From positions 48,733,139-48,797,138 of the forward strand of contig NC_068989.1 of the NCBI RefSeq assembly GCF_001194135.2: a stretch of 64,000 bases of DNA, in the 5' to 3' direction. This DNA comes from Octopus bimaculoides (taxonomy: Eukaryota). The notes below the pieces were generated by a model, which was given only the letters and a program-made list of their open reading frames with translations, was not told where the DNA came from and searched no databases. Position numbers and translations under genes: made by a program. Of this stretch, positions 62,155 through 64,000 are shown one piece after another; position 1 is the stretch's first letter, and each line of letters starts with the position of its first letter.

Positions 62155-62345
62155 AATCACCATCATTTAACATCCATTTTTCCATGCTGATGCAAATTGG
62201 CCAGTTAGACAGGTTCTGGTGTGCTACAGGGATGAGCTGAGTTCAGTGTCAGATTTGGCTTGGTTTCTATGGCTGGATGCTTTGCCGAATGCCAAAACTT
62301 TACAGTATATATTGGATGTTTTCATCATGCTGCTGGCACTAGTGA
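62155..62345 (-). mobile_element. Diverged RTE-type 3' tail
   Basis: catcatttaacatccatttttccatgctg...gtttctatggctggatgc. Confidence 0.6.
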
Positions 62346-63049
62346 GGTTACCAAGTAACACAAGGGAAAAAGAAAAAGATTCTACTAAGTGGTGGGAGTG
62401 TATCTGAGAGGAAGAGGTGGGTTTATGACAAGTATTGAAAGGCTAAGGTAATATAGAGGGACAAGCATAGATGTCTTGCAATAAAGGAAGTCCATGTTTA
62501 CCCCTCATTACATAAGGGTGGGTGGGTGTAGATGGAAAGGGATAAAGATGGTAGTGATGGGGTGCGATAGCAAACTCTCAAGGTACAAGAGGGTGTGCAT
62601 GAGATGATACAGACAATGGATCAGAGGGAGGTGGTAGTTTCATAAGAGAAGGGAGAGTAACAGATGGTTAGAGATAAGGGTAGAGATGATATTTCCATCA
62701 ACTACACCACCACCACCATTGTTCATTACTAGGGTTGAGGTGTGGTTGATGGGAAATCTCAGTATGGAGAGCGAGTGAGGTGAGCATAATAGAAGTGGCT
62801 CAGGTAGGAGGACAGAACAGAAAGGAGATGGATGATGTGCAATGTGTAAGAGCGATGGGGAGGAGATGTAAGGGTACATAAGAGTGGCTATGCAAAAAGG
62901 GACATGATGGCAGCTATGAGAGAGTGTTGAGATAACTGAATGCACAGAAAGGAAGTGTTCCTTAATAAATTCATTTCAAGGCCCTTCTACTCCAAGTTTT
63001 GCTTCTACACCTGGCATTTCTATTCTAATTCTACAACAAATTCTACTTT

Positions 63050-63190
63050 CAGAATGAGTTTATCAACATATAGTACACCCCAAGGTCTAAAATTCCTCTG
63101 TTAAGGCTTGGATGATAATGAAGAATAGAAAGGGACTGAGAACCAAGCTCTGGTGAACTCCTACCTGTATCCTAGTCATTGCTGTACTCA
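63050..63190 (-). mobile_element. Decayed RTE RT fragment
   Basis: Minus translation EYSND*.IQVGVHQSLVLSPFLFFIIIQALTEEF parallels VGVHQGSILS.LLFIIVLQAI at about 34.85 kb. Confidence 0.65.
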
Positions 63191-63866
63191 TGGCTATCTC
63201 TCACTTTTATGACAGTATTCATCTACATGACTTGTATGGCCTCCACAAGCAATTCATCTTCCCCTAACTTTCTCAGAGGCCACCAGATTACAGAGCAAGA
63301 GATCCTGTTAAATATGATATGTCCTACACACATACACACAAAATCATTGTTGTCATTGCTTAAATGTCTATTTTTCCATACTGGCATGGGTTGGATGAAG
63401 TTCATATAGGCAGACAGTTTATGGCTGGGTGCTCTTCCTGTAGTCAACCTTCACCAATTTCCAAGCAAAGTAATAGAAAACTCTCTTCATTTTGATAATT
63501 CTAAATTTTTAATGAAATCACATAAATTCTGTAACAGACAAGATATCTGAATGCTAAACTTATCAGGTGCAGGATCTTGAAATCTTAACCAAGCATGCTT
63601 AAATGACAGCTACAAGCATTTACATACGATCATGTCTGTCTGTCTGTCTTTCTATATGTACTTATGTATTCTTCCTCACATTTGGATTTTTTATGTATTC
63701 TCTCTCCCACTTGGATTTGAAATGTTTTTCTGCATTTTTCGTGCAGCTGAAGATTGCTCTTCATATTGCATTTAAGGTAATGCTCGCATTACTTAAATAA
63801 ATTGAAGTAGCATGAAACGTGCGTACTGCAATCACCTTTGAAATCCGTGTTGCTTATTTTTTGATG

Positions 63867-63898
<32 letters not shown>

Positions 63899-64000
63899 AG
63901 CAATGTTAATTCTCTAAATGAAGTATTAACAGTAACTGCACGATAAAGTGTAGTATATTGCCACTTAAGTGTGGCTGACCCCTAGGGGTGGATGTTACTG

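Overview
AT-rich eukaryotic genomic DNA, almost certainly a coleoid cephalopod and most likely Octopus. That call is an inference from the SINE repertoire, microsatellite density and short-read gap pattern. No host protein-coding gene could be identified with confidence; only a few candidate exons with good splice signals were found. Nearly all listed ORFs are artefacts of microsatellites, SINEs or N gaps. The window is a dense transposon landscape. It holds dozens of tRNA-derived SINEs of at least three families, LINE fragments of three clades (RTE, R4/Dong-like, CR1/Jockey-like), and a full-length decayed IR/DR Tc1 transposon nested in a SINE. It also holds a mariner remnant, hAT, TTAA-type and TA-type MITEs, a Helentron-associated (HINE-like) element, and a 541-bp near-perfect foldback. 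The most interesting observations are: (1) a CpG-rich 62-bp hairpin-forming minisatellite that appears to have expanded from a subrepeat of an RTE LINE 3' UTR; (2) a set of unrelated retroelements sitting in (TAA)n microsatellites; (3) the foldback; (4) an RTE reverse transcriptase with an embedded PHD-like finger; (5) a decayed hammerhead-like motif. All family names come from motif recognition by eye; no database search was run.
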